DNA of 64,000 bases, taken from NCBI GenBank assembly GCA_036676395.1, contig JAKFCY010000002.1:2528001-2592000 (forward strand), given 5' to 3'. Origin of the DNA: Bdellovibrio sp. GTDB taxonomy: Bacteria > Bdellovibrionota > Bdellovibrionia > Bdellovibrionales > Bdellovibrionaceae. The notes beneath the pieces were generated by a model. That model worked only from the letters and a program-made list of their open reading frames with translations. It was not told the DNA's origin and ran no database searches. Shown here one piece after another: positions 18,514-28,777 of this stretch (the first letter of the stretch is position 1; the number at the start of each line of letters is the position of its first letter). The position numbers were made by a program, and so were the translations under genes.

Positions 18514-20790
18514 CTATCTTCCGCCACCTGATGGCGCAGGAACAGTTACTTGTCCACCCGTTGGTGGGTAAGTTGGATATGTTGGCTGCGGATAACTTTG
18601 TTGGTATCCCGCGCCACCACCTGGGATAAAGTTCGGCGGTGTTGAAGTCGGTGAACCGTATTGAACTCCACCAGTTGCTCCACCTACTGAAGGTGCTGCA
18701 ATACCAATTGATCCACCTAAAGAACCTGAGCCGTAGTATCCACCACCAGATGAGCCACCAGAGTATGCTCCAGTGTAAAGCATCTGTAAGCGCATTTGTA
18801 AATTCTGGATCTCTTGCTGAACTTGTTGCGCCTGCATTTGAACCTGAATTTGACGTTGATACTGTTGTTGTTGAGCTTGAATTTGCTGTTGGTAATATTG
18901 CATCTGCATTTGAGCTTGTTGCTGTTGCATTTGTAACATTTGTAACTGCATTTGTGGGTTCTGCATTTGCATTCCCATTTGTTGCATACCCATCACTGGC
19001 ATTCCACCGTTCATCGCAAGCCCGCCGTTGGCCGCAAAGCCTCCGTTAGCCGCAACACCGATTCCAGGACATGGCCACTGTATACACATCATTTGGCTTC
19101 CGTTCATAGGAATTCCGCCGTTGGCTGCAAAGCCGCCGTTAACAGCGAATCCACCTGGCATTTGGAATCCACCCGGCATTTGGAATCCACCTGGCATTTG
19201 GAATCCACCCGGCATTTGGAATCCACCCGGCATTTGGAATCCACCATTAACTGCGAGTCCACCATTTACAAAACCACCTGGCATTTGGAATCCGCCTGGC
19301 ATCTGAAAACCACCCGGCATTTGGAATCCACCAGCTTGGTTTCCGAATCCACCATTAACTACGCCATTAACTGCCATTCCATTTCCGAATCCATATGGCC
19401 ATCCGCCATTTGGACCAGCCATCATTCCACCTGGACCATAACCTGGAGGGTACATTCCGCCGCCCCATGGAGATCCGAACATTCCTTGAGGATAACCGAA
19501 CGCTCCACCTGGACCGTAAGGACCATAAGCACCCATTGGTCCGCCGAATGGTCCACCCATTCCACCGCCGGCTCCGTAAGGAAAACCGCCACCGTTCATT
19601 CCACCAGCACAACCGAATCCACCAAGACCAGATCCACCATTAATAGCCCCGTAAGCACCAGCTAAGATAAATGGAAAACCCATGCTCACTGCAGTTGGAT
19701 AACCTTGTGCAGGAGGATAACCTAATTGTGCAGAGTATTCTGCGTTACGTTCATCATATTGTTTACCGACGTAACCTAATCCAAGACCAACGCCGATTGT
19801 TCCTAAGATAGAAACCCAGTCACGTTTTGGTTTTTGATAGCCGCCATCACGATCGCCGCTTCCGCAATCTTCACATTCGCCTTCTAATTGAGTTTTAGCG
19901 CGATACTCGCGTTCGATTTTTGCACGCTCTCTGGCATCAGAGATAGCGTATTCACGGTCACGCATTTCGTCTTCAGCACGTTCAATTTTTGCCTGCGCTT
20001 CGTCACGTTTGATACGAAATTTACGATAATCAGCTAATTGTCTTCCGCACTCAGTTGTTGAGTACGAAGATGATTTTCTGTCGTCTGGTTTTAAAGTTTT
20101 ATCAGCACAGATCGCAGGGTACACTTTGCCGCCATCAGATTTATTTTTGGCAGCACAATATTTGTTATTCCAGTTAGCACGTAATTTTTCAGGAACATCA
20201 TCTTTACTTGCGCAATCAGCAGAAGCCACAACTTGTGTAGTTGTTGTTACAACTTGTTGGCCGGTGGCTGGATCTACAGAAGCAGAACCCGTAGCTACTG
20301 CAGTTGCTCCTGTTTGAGCATTACAATTTAAATTTGGAGCCGTTACGTAATCGTTACAAGTATTACCTTTTTCGATATGAGTCTCTAATAAGAAATCTAA
20401 AATTTCGCCGTCGAATTGTCTTTCAAGTTTACGGGCTGCAAATTGCATTTCAGTTTCAGCACGTTTTTTCTCTAGTTGACGAGCTTTCAAATCTTTTTGT
20501 AAATCAGAGATTCTGCGACGCTCTTCTTTTTCTTCATCAGACATGCTTGTCGCGCCAGAACCTTGCTTCCATGGGTAGCCACAACCTTGTTGTCCGCCAG
20601 AATAGCCTGATCCCCAAAGACCACCGCCGCCTCCGCCACCGCCGTAGTAGCCTGCACCACCGCCAACGTTAACGCCTGCATTCGCATAAGCATTAAACTG
20701 AGCTTGCGCTTTTTCACTTACAAAGCTGAGCGAGAATACAAAAGCAAACACGCTTGTAAGAAGAAAATTAATTATGTTTTTCAACGACAT
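18514..20790 (-). CDS. secreted Gly/Gln/Met/Pro-rich low-complexity protein with coiled-coil N-domain
   Basis: Signal peptide ending AQA; GAGGAG RBS; 8 GGFQMP repeats and a poly-Q region. Confidence 0.8.
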   Translation of the reverse strand: MSLKNIINFLLTSVFAFVFSLSFVSEKAQAQFNAYANAGVNVGGGAGYYGGGGGGGGLWGSGYSGGQQGCGYPWKQGSGATSMSDEEKEERRRISDLQKDLKARQLEKKRAETEMQFAARKLERQFDGEILDFLLETHIEKGNTCNDYVTAPNLNCNAQTGATAVATGSASVDPATGQQVVTTTTQVVASADCASKDDVPEKLRANWNNKYCAAKNKSDGGKVYPAICADKTLKPDDRKSSSYSTTECGRQLADYRKFRIKRDEAQAKIERAEDEMRDREYAISDARERAKIEREYRAKTQLEGECEDCGSGDRDGGYQKPKRDWVSILGTIGVGLGLGYVGKQYDERNAEYSAQLGYPPAQGYPTAVSMGFPFILAGAYGAINGGSGLGGFGCAGGMNGGGFPYGAGGGMGGPFGGPMGAYGPYGPGGAFGYPQGMFGSPWGGGMYPPGYGPGGMMAGPNGGWPYGFGNGMAVNGVVNGGFGNQAGGFQMPGGFQMPGGFQMPGGFVNGGLAVNGGFQMPGGFQMPGGFQMPGGFQMPGGFQMPGGFAVNGGFAANGGIPMNGSQMMCIQWPCPGIGVAANGGFAANGGLAMNGGMPVMGMQQMGMQMQNPQMQLQMLQMQQQQAQMQMQYYQQQIQAQQQQYQRQIQVQMQAQQVQQEIQNLQMRLQMLYTGAYSGGSSGGGYYGSGSLGGSIGIAAPSVGGATGGVQYGSPTSTPPNFIPGGGAGYQQSYPQPTYPTYPPTGGQVTVPAPSGGGR
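19147..19333. repeat. 18-bp coding tandem repeat (GGAATCCACCYGGCATTT), blocks of 5 and 3 copies
   Basis: Directly visible; encodes GGFQMP on the minus strand. Confidence 0.9.
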
Positions 20791-20959
20791 AGAGTCTCCT
20801 CATATAGGTACACGTATAACTAGATCATCGTATCACTTTTCGACAGGTCTATGCGATAGTTACAGGGTCCAGTAAATAAAATTAGTCTATGGTCTGTAGC
20901 CCAAAGGATAGCTTGCAAATTCACAGCTGGACCGGATTTTTTTCATTCGTTAGCATCAA

Positions 20960-22072
20960 GTGATGGATAAACCGAAGCTTTTGTTTCTTGATGATGAAGT
21001 AGATAATCTAGATGCTATGGAACGCTTGCTTCGTAAGCGTTTTAACGTATTTAAAGCTTCAACTCCGCAAGATGCATTTGCTCATCTCGACCAAAATCCA
21101 GATATTTCTATTATCATATCAGATCAACGGATGCCGCTCATTACCGGCACTGAGTTTTTAGAAAAATCCATTGTGACTCACCCTGACTCAATCCGGATTT
21201 TGTTAACTGGCTATACTGATATTGAATCTGTGATCGAAGCCATTAATAAAGGACAGATCTATAAATACATCACCAAACCGTGGGATCCTGTAGATTTACA
21301 AAAGAATTTAGAAAATGCTTACGAGAAATTAACTCTGCGTAAAGAACTAAAAGAGAAAAACAAAGCCCTCGAAGAGGCCTTATTAGAACTGCAATCTTTA
21401 GACAAAACAAAATCACAATTTATGATTTTAATTAATCATGAATTAAAAACTCCGCTTACTTCGATTTTAAGCTTTTCTGGTTTATTGCGCGAGTCTTCAT
21501 TATCTGATGAACAAGTTTTATTCGTAGATCGCATAAATAAATCGGCAGATAAACTTAAAGGCATCGTCGATGATGTGTTATTAATCGTTAAAGGTGAACT
21601 TGGTCAGATTCCGATTCGCTATGAAACTTTAAAAATTAAATCTTTCTTTGAACAACTGCCTGAAGACATGACCAAGATGATGGCTACCAAAGGGCAAAAA
21701 ATTGATTATGATCTAGCTGTTGAAACGATCGAGGCTGATGCCCAGTATATTCGTATCTTAGTGACTCGCGCCCTGCATAACGCCACTAAGTTTGGCCAAG
21801 CGCAAAGTGCAATTAAAGTGTCGTCTCGTTTAGAAGATAAAAATGTGGTGGTTGAAATTCAAAATTTAGGCCCTAAAATTTCACAAAATGTCTTAGATAA
21901 AATCTTAAGCCCGTTCACTTTAGATGAAAATGTGATGAATCATTCGGTGGGCATGGGTTTAGGTTTAACGATTTGCCAGACTTTATTAAAAGCTCATCAA
22001 GGACGTCTTGAAATCAGCAATACGGATAACGGAGTCAGCGTCCGCTTTGTTCTTCCGGAAATCCGGAAATAG
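20960..22072 (+). CDS. hybrid response regulator / histidine kinase (REC-HisKA-HATPase)
   Basis: LDDE, ISDQRMP, TKPW receiver; HELKTPL H-box, HNATKF N-box, GMGLGL G2 box. Confidence 0.92.
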   Translation: MMDKPKLLFLDDEVDNLDAMERLLRKRFNVFKASTPQDAFAHLDQNPDISIIISDQRMPLITGTEFLEKSIVTHPDSIRILLTGYTDIESVIEAINKGQIYKYITKPWDPVDLQKNLENAYEKLTLRKELKEKNKALEEALLELQSLDKTKSQFMILINHELKTPLTSILSFSGLLRESSLSDEQVLFVDRINKSADKLKGIVDDVLLIVKGELGQIPIRYETLKIKSFFEQLPEDMTKMMATKGQKIDYDLAVETIEADAQYIRILVTRALHNATKFGQAQSAIKVSSRLEDKNVVVEIQNLGPKISQNVLDKILSPFTLDENVMNHSVGMGLGLTICQTLLKAHQGRLEISNTDNGVSVRFVLPEIRK

Positions 22073-22114
22073 GATATTTCATTTAGTTTAAGATAGTAGT
22101 CGCTGGAACAGTTC

Positions 22115-23395
22115 ATGAACTGCTCTGTCGCTATGAAAACACTATTATTCTGCTTGTTGCTTCCTGTAAATTTCGTTCTGGCCGCACCTGGGCCGGCCGC
22201 ACCAAACTATGACATCATGGTCGAAATGGGCGATGAGCATGTTCTAAAAAATGTGTCACACAAGCTGTGGATTGAAAATCCTAAAATATTCTCAGCTTCG
22301 GGAAGTGGCAGTTCAGTCACGTTAAAGCCCTTAGCTTTAGGCTCATCGAAGATTCGTATCGATCAAAAAGAAATGGTTATTTTATCTGTGCCGACTGGAT
22401 TTAAAGGCTCTTATAAAATCTGGAATCAATTAACCCGCAAAAGCCCGCAATTAAGTGTGTCGTTCTGCGAACAAACTCTGTGTTTAAAAGGCGAGATATT
22501 TTCTTTAGAAGAATTTAAGAAAATTATCTCGCAGATGGAAGAAAAGAATGCTTCATTATTTTTAAAACTAACCATGAATGAAAAATTAACGGCTGAAGTT
22601 GAAAAGTGGTATATCCAGTATTTTAGAAACCACGAAATCACTCCGCCAAAAATTATTTTCTCGTCGATGCCTTGGAAGGCAGTACTGTCATCTAAAGACA
22701 ACAGTATCACTAGCCGCAATCAAACGCATCAGGTGGGCTTATTTACTCAAGACAACCCCAATAAAATTGAAATTAGCGATAACATCAAAGTTTCAGTTAA
22801 ATTTGTCGAAATTAAAAAATCGACCGCGCGTAAACTTGGCATTGAATGGCAAAAAATTATTGGCGGTCAGTTAATTGATTCAAAAGTGACCTTTGATCAA
22901 TCTATTGATTTATTTTTAAACGCTGAAGAATCTTCGGGTAATTCTAAAACACTGGCAAGTCCTACGTTAATTTGTCGCAATGGTAAAGAAGCCGAGTTCT
23001 TTGCCGGTGGCGAAATTCCGATTGTTTTAACCCGACATAAAACGCGTGAAGTCGTGTGGAAAAAATACGGCGTAAGTCTTAAGATTAAACCTGTCGTTGA
23101 TCCTTTAGGGCAGATGAGCATTGCGATTGAAACTGAGGTTTCAACACCGGATGAATCTAAGGCTGTTGACGGTATTCCAGGAATTTCTGCAAACCGCGTT
23201 TCAAGTCATTTTGATTTAGTGAAATCACGTACGATTGTTTTATCTGGTTTAATTCATAATGGTATTGGTGAAGCGGCTACGGGATTACCCTACTTAACAG
23301 CTATTCCCGTGATTGGAAAATTATTTTCTAGCCAAGGCTTTCGTGAAAATGAAACTGAAATGATGATCTTTGTAACGCCAGAGATTTTTGAATGA
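22115..23395 (+). CDS. Tad secretin RcpA/CpaC-like
   Basis: LASPTL, AEFFAGGEIP, GLPYLTAIPVIGKLFSS, ETEMMIFVTP; start may be 22133. Confidence 0.88.
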   Translation: MNCSVAMKTLLFCLLLPVNFVLAAPGPAAPNYDIMVEMGDEHVLKNVSHKLWIENPKIFSASGSGSSVTLKPLALGSSKIRIDQKEMVILSVPTGFKGSYKIWNQLTRKSPQLSVSFCEQTLCLKGEIFSLEEFKKIISQMEEKNASLFLKLTMNEKLTAEVEKWYIQYFRNHEITPPKIIFSSMPWKAVLSSKDNSITSRNQTHQVGLFTQDNPNKIEISDNIKVSVKFVEIKKSTARKLGIEWQKIIGGQLIDSKVTFDQSIDLFLNAEESSGNSKTLASPTLICRNGKEAEFFAGGEIPIVLTRHKTREVVWKKYGVSLKIKPVVDPLGQMSIAIETEVSTPDESKAVDGIPGISANRVSSHFDLVKSRTIVLSGLIHNGIGEAATGLPYLTAIPVIGKLFSSQGFRENETEMMIFVTPEIFE

Positions 23396-24495
23396 GTTTA
23401 GAACAAGCTAAAACTCTTTTTTATAAGCTTCGTACAGAAAGATCGGTGATTTTATCTACAGAAGCCAATAGCGAATCAGCTCCGCAACTGAAAGCACAAA
23501 GCCTATCGGTTTCTTTGGATGAGCACTTGCAGACTGTGGATGATTCAATACGTGAGCGCATATTGAATGAGTTGAACGGCTTTGGACCAATCACTGCACT
23601 TTTAAGCGATGATGCTGTGACTGAAATTCTAATTAACCAATTTGATCAGATTTATTTTGAAAAGATGGGCTCTTTACAGCGCAGTGAAGATCATTTTTTT
23701 GATGTGAACAGTTACAAAGAATTTATCGAAAAACTTTGTGGCTTTTGTAACACCTATATTAACTCGGAAAAGCCATTTATCGAAGTGCAGTTAAACAATC
23801 TGCGCATCACTGTGCTTTTTCCTGATATTTGCCGAGGTGAATACATTGTTTCGATTCGTAAACAGCCTTTAACTCGTTGGACGTTTGAGCGCTTGGCCGC
23901 ACAAGGCTGGGCAACGCCCGTAGAGATTATGGCGATTCAAAAGCTGATCTCTCAAAAGAAGAATTTTTTAGTCATCGGCGGTACTGGTTCAGGAAAAACG
24001 AGCTTATTGCAGGCTTCAATTGCTGAAATGGCGCAGGATCGTTTAGTGATTATTGAAGACACGCAAGAGTTGCAGCCCGTCTTTGCGCAAAATGCTTCGT
24101 TACTTACACGTATTGATCCGACGAAAAAATTAATAGATGTAACGATGAACGAATTAATTAAAAAAGCTTTGCGCCTTCGTCCCGATCGTATTTGCGTTGG
24201 TGAAATTCGCGGCGAAGAAGCCACAGCCCTATTGATGGCTTTATCTACTGGTCATGATGGAAGCTTTGGTTCACTGCACGCACGCACGGCACATGAAGCT
24301 TTGTTGCGCTTAGAAATGCTAATTCAAATGGGCGCCCCACAATGGTCATTGCAATCGATTCGACGTTTAATAGGTCTAACGGTTCAGAATATTCTCGTGG
24401 TCGAAAAATGTAATGGAAAACGTGTTTTGAAAGGGATTTACGAGATCACTTCTGTTGAAGAACACGGAATAACGCTGCAGGAATGGGAAAGCTAG
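23392..24495 (+). CDS. tadA: Tad pilus assembly ATPase TadA/CpaF
   Basis: GPITALL.D..VTEILIN, Walker A GGTGSGKT, IIEDTQEL, ALRLRPDRICVGEIRG, TGHDG. Confidence 0.9.
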   Translation: MSLEQAKTLFYKLRTERSVILSTEANSESAPQLKAQSLSVSLDEHLQTVDDSIRERILNELNGFGPITALLSDDAVTEILINQFDQIYFEKMGSLQRSEDHFFDVNSYKEFIEKLCGFCNTYINSEKPFIEVQLNNLRITVLFPDICRGEYIVSIRKQPLTRWTFERLAAQGWATPVEIMAIQKLISQKKNFLVIGGTGSGKTSLLQASIAEMAQDRLVIIEDTQELQPVFAQNASLLTRIDPTKKLIDVTMNELIKKALRLRPDRICVGEIRGEEATALLMALSTGHDGSFGSLHARTAHEALLRLEMLIQMGAPQWSLQSIRRLIGLTVQNILVVEKCNGKRVLKGIYEITSVEEHGITLQEWES

Positions 24496-24541
24496 ACTTT
24501 AGAATAGCAAAAATTTACTAGTTTATACCGATAAGTTTTCT

Positions 24542-24931
24542 ATGACTTATAAAGACCGCTTCGCTCAGGCTTTAAAATTGAAAGATTTTGTATCTTTGCA
24601 TGACGACAAAGCCGAAATCTTTTTAGTCTTTACAAGTGATACTGACTTTCAGGTTAAAGTTTTTGGCCCAGAAACTGATGATCACACTAAAAATCAAATC
24701 TACCATGAGTTTCGATACGCAAAAAAGTTACCAATAGCTTTTATTTGCTGGAGTGAAGTTGAAGAAGCTAAAGTGTATTCATATTATGATCCTAACTTTT
24801 ATGTTCACATTGACTTTAATTCTGGCGACCTAATGTATTTTGAGAGCAGTGACTGCGATTCATTAGATCTTAACGTTCTCAGAAAAGATGCTCTCGCAAG
24901 TTATAGTGAACTAATCACTAAGCTTAAATAA
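24542..24931 (+). CDS. hypothetical protein
   Basis: 129-aa ORF preceded by a sigma28-like CCGATAAG element. Confidence 0.55.
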   Translation: MTYKDRFAQALKLKDFVSLHDDKAEIFLVFTSDTDFQVKVFGPETDDHTKNQIYHEFRYAKKLPIAFICWSEVEEAKVYSYYDPNFYVHIDFNSGDLMYFESSDCDSLDLNVLRKDALASYSELITKLK

Positions 24932-25219
24932 TTCAGCTTTAATTATTGAATTTAATTCTGATAAGTTGGGATTTAATTTTCGCATTATTTCGCAAATAAA
25001 GTTTTTGAGCTCGTCATGACCAGTTCCGCGCGTCGGAAGCCAAATTCTGCTATACAAACAAAGTTGAAACTTCTGCTGCTCATTGATACCTAAAAACAAT
25101 ATGTCTTCTTTGATAAAAAACTTAGCTTCAGTCTGCTCGTTGATAGTTTTATTGCCCTTGTTAACAAACGCAACGATTTCAAAATAACTCTTTATACAAT
25201 CTGTTCTAAAATAATCCAT
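24911..25219 (-). CDS. hypothetical protein
   Basis: 102-aa ORF, no recognisable motif. Confidence 0.4.
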   Translation of the reverse strand: MDYFRTDCIKSYFEIVAFVNKGNKTINEQTEAKFFIKEDILFLGINEQQKFQLCLYSRIWLPTRGTGHDELKNFICEIMRKLNPNLSELNSIIKAELFKLSD

Positions 25220-25234
25220 ACGACAGCACAGTTC

Positions 25235-25273
25235 AAAAAAAAGACCCAGTTAACGGTTAAATTAACTGGGTCT
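25235..25273 (-). terminator. intrinsic terminator downstream of aspS
   Basis: AGACCCAGTTAA...TTAACTGGGTCT stem preceded by an A-tract on +. Confidence 0.8.
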
Positions 25274-25356
25274 CATGAATTTCAAAATCCGAATTTCGCA
25301 AAGCAACTTCGACTCGTTGCTCCCCAAAAAGGGACGGCCGCGAGCGGCCAGCCTAC

Positions 25357-27180
25357 CTATTTCGGTTGAGCTGCGGCTCTGTCTTCTAAAAACTTTTCAG
25401 CTTGAGCATTCAGCTTGATGCCGACTTCGTTTAATTGATCGCGGTTCACTGGGCTTGGGCAGTCTGACATTAAGCAAGACGCTTGCGCTGTTTTCGGGAA
25501 GGCGATCACTTCGCGGATAGCTTCAGTTTGTGTTAATAACATCACCAAACGATCCATACCCCAGGCGATACCCCCGTGTGGAGGAGTTCCGTATTTTAAA
25601 GCTTCTAAGAAGAAACCGAATTTCGCTTTTGCTTCTTCTTCAGATAATCCTAATAAACGGAAAACCGCGGCTTGGATTTCTTGTTTGTACACACGGATTG
25701 ATCCGCCACCCATTTCGTAGCCGTTACAAACTAAGTCGTAAGCTTTAGCTAACATGTGTGGATATGCTTTTTCGTTGTTATTAATCATATCCTGGAAATA
25801 TTCATCAGTTGGAGACGTGAACGGATGGTGACGCGAGAACCAACGTTTATCTTCTGGGAAGTACTCTAGTAATGGGAAATCAACAATCCATAAGAAATTG
25901 TATTTGTTGAAATCGATTAATTTTAATTCGCGACCTAAGTGATTACGTAACGCTGAGAGCGCCGAGCACGCTGGATCATAATCATCAGCAACGATTAAAC
26001 CGCAGTCTTTATCACCGCAACCTAAAGTTTTAAATACTAATTGCAATTTTTCTTGCGAGATAAATTTTGAAGCCGGAGACGCGATTGTGCCGTCAGCTTC
26101 TTTTTTCATCCAGACTAAGCCTTTTGCTCCGCCTTTTTTCGCGATCTCAGTTAATTTATCAAATTGACCACGGGAGAAAGCTTGTCCGCCTGGAACAGCT
26201 AAACCGCGCACGATGCCCTTACGAGCTAAAGTGTCGTCAAAAACTTTGAAACCTGAATTTTGTAAAACTTCTTCTAATTTTACGATGTGCATTTCAAAAC
26301 GTGTGTCTGGTTTATCATTACCGTATTTATCCATTGATTCGAAATACGTCATACGCTGAAGAGCTGGCACATCGATGCCTTTGATTTCTTTCCAGATCAT
26401 ACGAAGCATTTTTTCATTGATCTCGATGATGTCTTCAACGTCGATGAATGACATCTCCATATCGATCTGAGAAAATTCTGGCTGACGATCTGCACGTAAA
26501 TCTTCGTCACGGAAACAACGGGCAATCTGAAAATAACGATCGTAGCCGGCTACCATCAATAACTGTTTTAATAATTGCGGCGATTGCGGTAAGGCATAGA
26601 AGTTTCCGGGATTTACACGTGAAGGCACTAAATAATCGCGTGCACCTTCTGGAGTAGATTTAAATAAAATCGGAGTTTCAACTTCAATAAAGCCATTGTC
26701 AGATAAAAATTCACGCACTAAGCGCGCCACTTTGTGACGAGTGATCATGTGATGCTGTAAACGTGGAGAACGTAAATCTAAATAACGGTGTTTTAAACGT
26801 AAAACTTCGTTAACGTTTTCATCTTCGATTTGAAACGGAGGAGTTTCTGCTTTATTTAAAACTTCGCAACGAATGGCTTCGATTTCGATTTCGCCAGTTT
26901 TTATTTTTGTATTTTTCATGCCGTCTGGGCGAGCGCGAACAACACCTTCTAAAGCAACTACGAATTCGCCGCGAAACTCTTTTGCTGACGCGGTCTCTGC
27001 TTTCGATGGATCAAGAACAACCTGAACAATACCTTCACGGTCGCGAAGATCGATGAAAATTAGACTTCCGTGGTCACGACGAACGTTAACCCACCCCATC
27101 AAGACAACTTTTTGCCCCACATGGTTGCTGTTTAATTCGCCACAGTAATTCGTTCTTTTTAACTCTCTTACAAATTTCAT
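25357..27180 (-). CDS. aspS: aspartate--tRNA ligase
   Basis: RRDHG OB-fold, [40 protein letters not shown]. Confidence 0.98.
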   Translation of the reverse strand: MKFVRELKRTNYCGELNSNHVGQKVVLMGWVNVRRDHGSLIFIDLRDREGIVQVVLDPSKAETASAKEFRGEFVVALEGVVRARPDGMKNTKIKTGEIEIEAIRCEVLNKAETPPFQIEDENVNEVLRLKHRYLDLRSPRLQHHMITRHKVARLVREFLSDNGFIEVETPILFKSTPEGARDYLVPSRVNPGNFYALPQSPQLLKQLLMVAGYDRYFQIARCFRDEDLRADRQPEFSQIDMEMSFIDVEDIIEINEKMLRMIWKEIKGIDVPALQRMTYFESMDKYGNDKPDTRFEMHIVKLEEVLQNSGFKVFDDTLARKGIVRGLAVPGGQAFSRGQFDKLTEIAKKGGAKGLVWMKKEADGTIASPASKFISQEKLQLVFKTLGCGDKDCGLIVADDYDPACSALSALRNHLGRELKLIDFNKYNFLWIVDFPLLEYFPEDKRWFSRHHPFTSPTDEYFQDMINNNEKAYPHMLAKAYDLVCNGYEMGGGSIRVYKQEIQAAVFRLLGLSEEEAKAKFGFFLEALKYGTPPHGGIAWGMDRLVMLLTQTEAIREVIAFPKTAQASCLMSDCPSPVNRDQLNEVGIKLNAQAEKFLEDRAAAQPK

Positions 27181-27312
27181 ACTAATCCCGATTTCTACAA
27201 TTTTTTGCGTTTTGCGCGTCTTTTTCTGGTGTTCAAGCCAGTATAGAACAGCTAGAGTATAATAATTGACAAACGCGAGTCAAAACTCATCTTTAATTAG
27301 GAGTGAAATAAT

Positions 27313-27618
27313 ATGCCTAAACTGAACTTCGAAATGCCTGCCGCATTAACGGCTGACCAGGCTTTTACTAAGATCCAAACGTTTTTGAACTCGGATAATA
27401 ACTTTAAGAAGTTCGATCCCAAGGTTTCTGCGACTTTTGACCAGTCTAACAAATCATGTCAAATCAACGGTTCCCAATTTAAAGCTGATTTAAAGATCAA
27501 ACCCCAAGCTGATCAGTGTTCGGTGGCTATTGAAGTGGACATCCCGTTTGCATTAACCCTGTTCAAGGGAAAAATTAAAGAAGAAATCGAAAAAGCCTTT
27601 AAAAAGGTATTAACGTAG
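27313..27618 (+). CDS. polyhydroxyalkanoic acid system family-like protein
   Basis: Size and C-terminal VDIPFALTLFKGKIKEEIEK pattern; GGAG RBS. Confidence 0.65.
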   Translation: MPKLNFEMPAALTADQAFTKIQTFLNSDNNFKKFDPKVSATFDQSNKSCQINGSQFKADLKIKPQADQCSVAIEVDIPFALTLFKGKIKEEIEKAFKKVLT

Positions 27619-27624
27619 CGTTCT

Positions 27625-28758
27625 ATGTCTAAGAAAAAAGCCAGCACGAAAAAGGTGTCTGCTAAAAAAGTACCCGCAAAAAAAGTTAGTTCTAAAAAAA
27701 CTGCCGTTAAGTCGGCGGTTAAAAAAGCGATTACAAAATTAAAAGCACCTAAAGATAAAATCAAAAAAGTTCATGCCGTTCTGGTCGAAGATCACCATGA
27801 ACACGATGAACCTATTGATGTTCATGCGCAGGCTGACTTAGACGAAGCCCAAGCGGCTGATGAACTTGAGATTGAACAACCGACTCACCAGTTACCTTCG
27901 ATTGTATCTGATCAAGGTGTACGTTCGCGTGACCCTTTAACCACTTACTTAAATGAAATTCGTAAATATCCGGTGCTGAGCCGCGAAGACGAAATGAAAT
28001 TAGCTAAAAGATATTTTGAAACTAAAGACCCGGAAGCCGCGCAAGCCTTGGTGCGGGCGAATTTACGCTTTGTCGTAAAAATTGCCGCTGAATATGCCCG
28101 TTTTTCTTCGCGCATGATTGATCTTATTCAAGAAGGCAACGTTGGCCTTATGCATGCGGTGAAAGATTATAACCCTTACAAAGGCGCACGTCTTATCACT
28201 TATGCTGTATGGTGGATTCGTGGTTATATTCAAGAGTATTTGATGCGCCAATTTTCAATGGTGCGTATCGGAACAACCGCTAATCAAAGAAAATTATTTT
28301 ATCAATTACAGCGCCAAAAAAACGAACTTGAAAAAATGTCTTCACCAGAAAATATCGCGCAACTTTCGCATAAATTAGGAATCCCTAAAGACGAAGTTGA
28401 AGAAATGGCAAAACGTGTTTCAGGCCGCGATGTCAGTCTTGACAAAACTAGTGATGACGATGGCGGCGGAACATTATCTTTGGGCAGCATTCTAAGTAAA
28501 GAAGATGGCAGCCTGCCACTAGATGAACAGCTGGCTTTAAGCGAGCAACTTAAATTTTTAAAAGACGCGATCGATTCTATTAAAGCTGATTTAAATGAAA
28601 AAGAAAAAATCATCCTTGAAGAACGTGTCTTAAATGAAGAGCCCCTGACTTTACAGGAAATCGGCGAAAAATATCATATTACCCGCGAAGCTGTTCGCCA
28701 GAATGAAGCCCGCCTGATCAATAAAATTAAAACCGCACTTGCCCAGTTAATGAAATAG
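27625..28758 (+). CDS. rpoH: RNA polymerase sigma-32 factor
   Basis: DLIQEGNVGLM, YAVWWIR, RpoH box QRKLFYQL, region 4 TLQEIG..ITREAVRQ. Confidence 0.9.
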   Translation: MSKKKASTKKVSAKKVPAKKVSSKKTAVKSAVKKAITKLKAPKDKIKKVHAVLVEDHHEHDEPIDVHAQADLDEAQAADELEIEQPTHQLPSIVSDQGVRSRDPLTTYLNEIRKYPVLSREDEMKLAKRYFETKDPEAAQALVRANLRFVVKIAAEYARFSSRMIDLIQEGNVGLMHAVKDYNPYKGARLITYAVWWIRGYIQEYLMRQFSMVRIGTTANQRKLFYQLQRQKNELEKMSSPENIAQLSHKLGIPKDEVEEMAKRVSGRDVSLDKTSDDDGGGTLSLGSILSKEDGSLPLDEQLALSEQLKFLKDAIDSIKADLNEKEKIILEERVLNEEPLTLQEIGEKYHITREAVRQNEARLINKIKTALAQLMK

Positions 28759-28777
28759 ACCCATACTAAAAGAGCCG

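Noticed and set aside
19147..19333. CRISPR array
   Set aside because: Contiguous 18-bp in-frame coding repeats with no unique spacers and no cas genes
18639..20717. Overlapping alternative ORFs such as 18952-19665 (HLEST repeats)
   Set aside because: Shadow frames of the repeat-rich real gene; the same applies to the many short antisense ORFs inside other long genes
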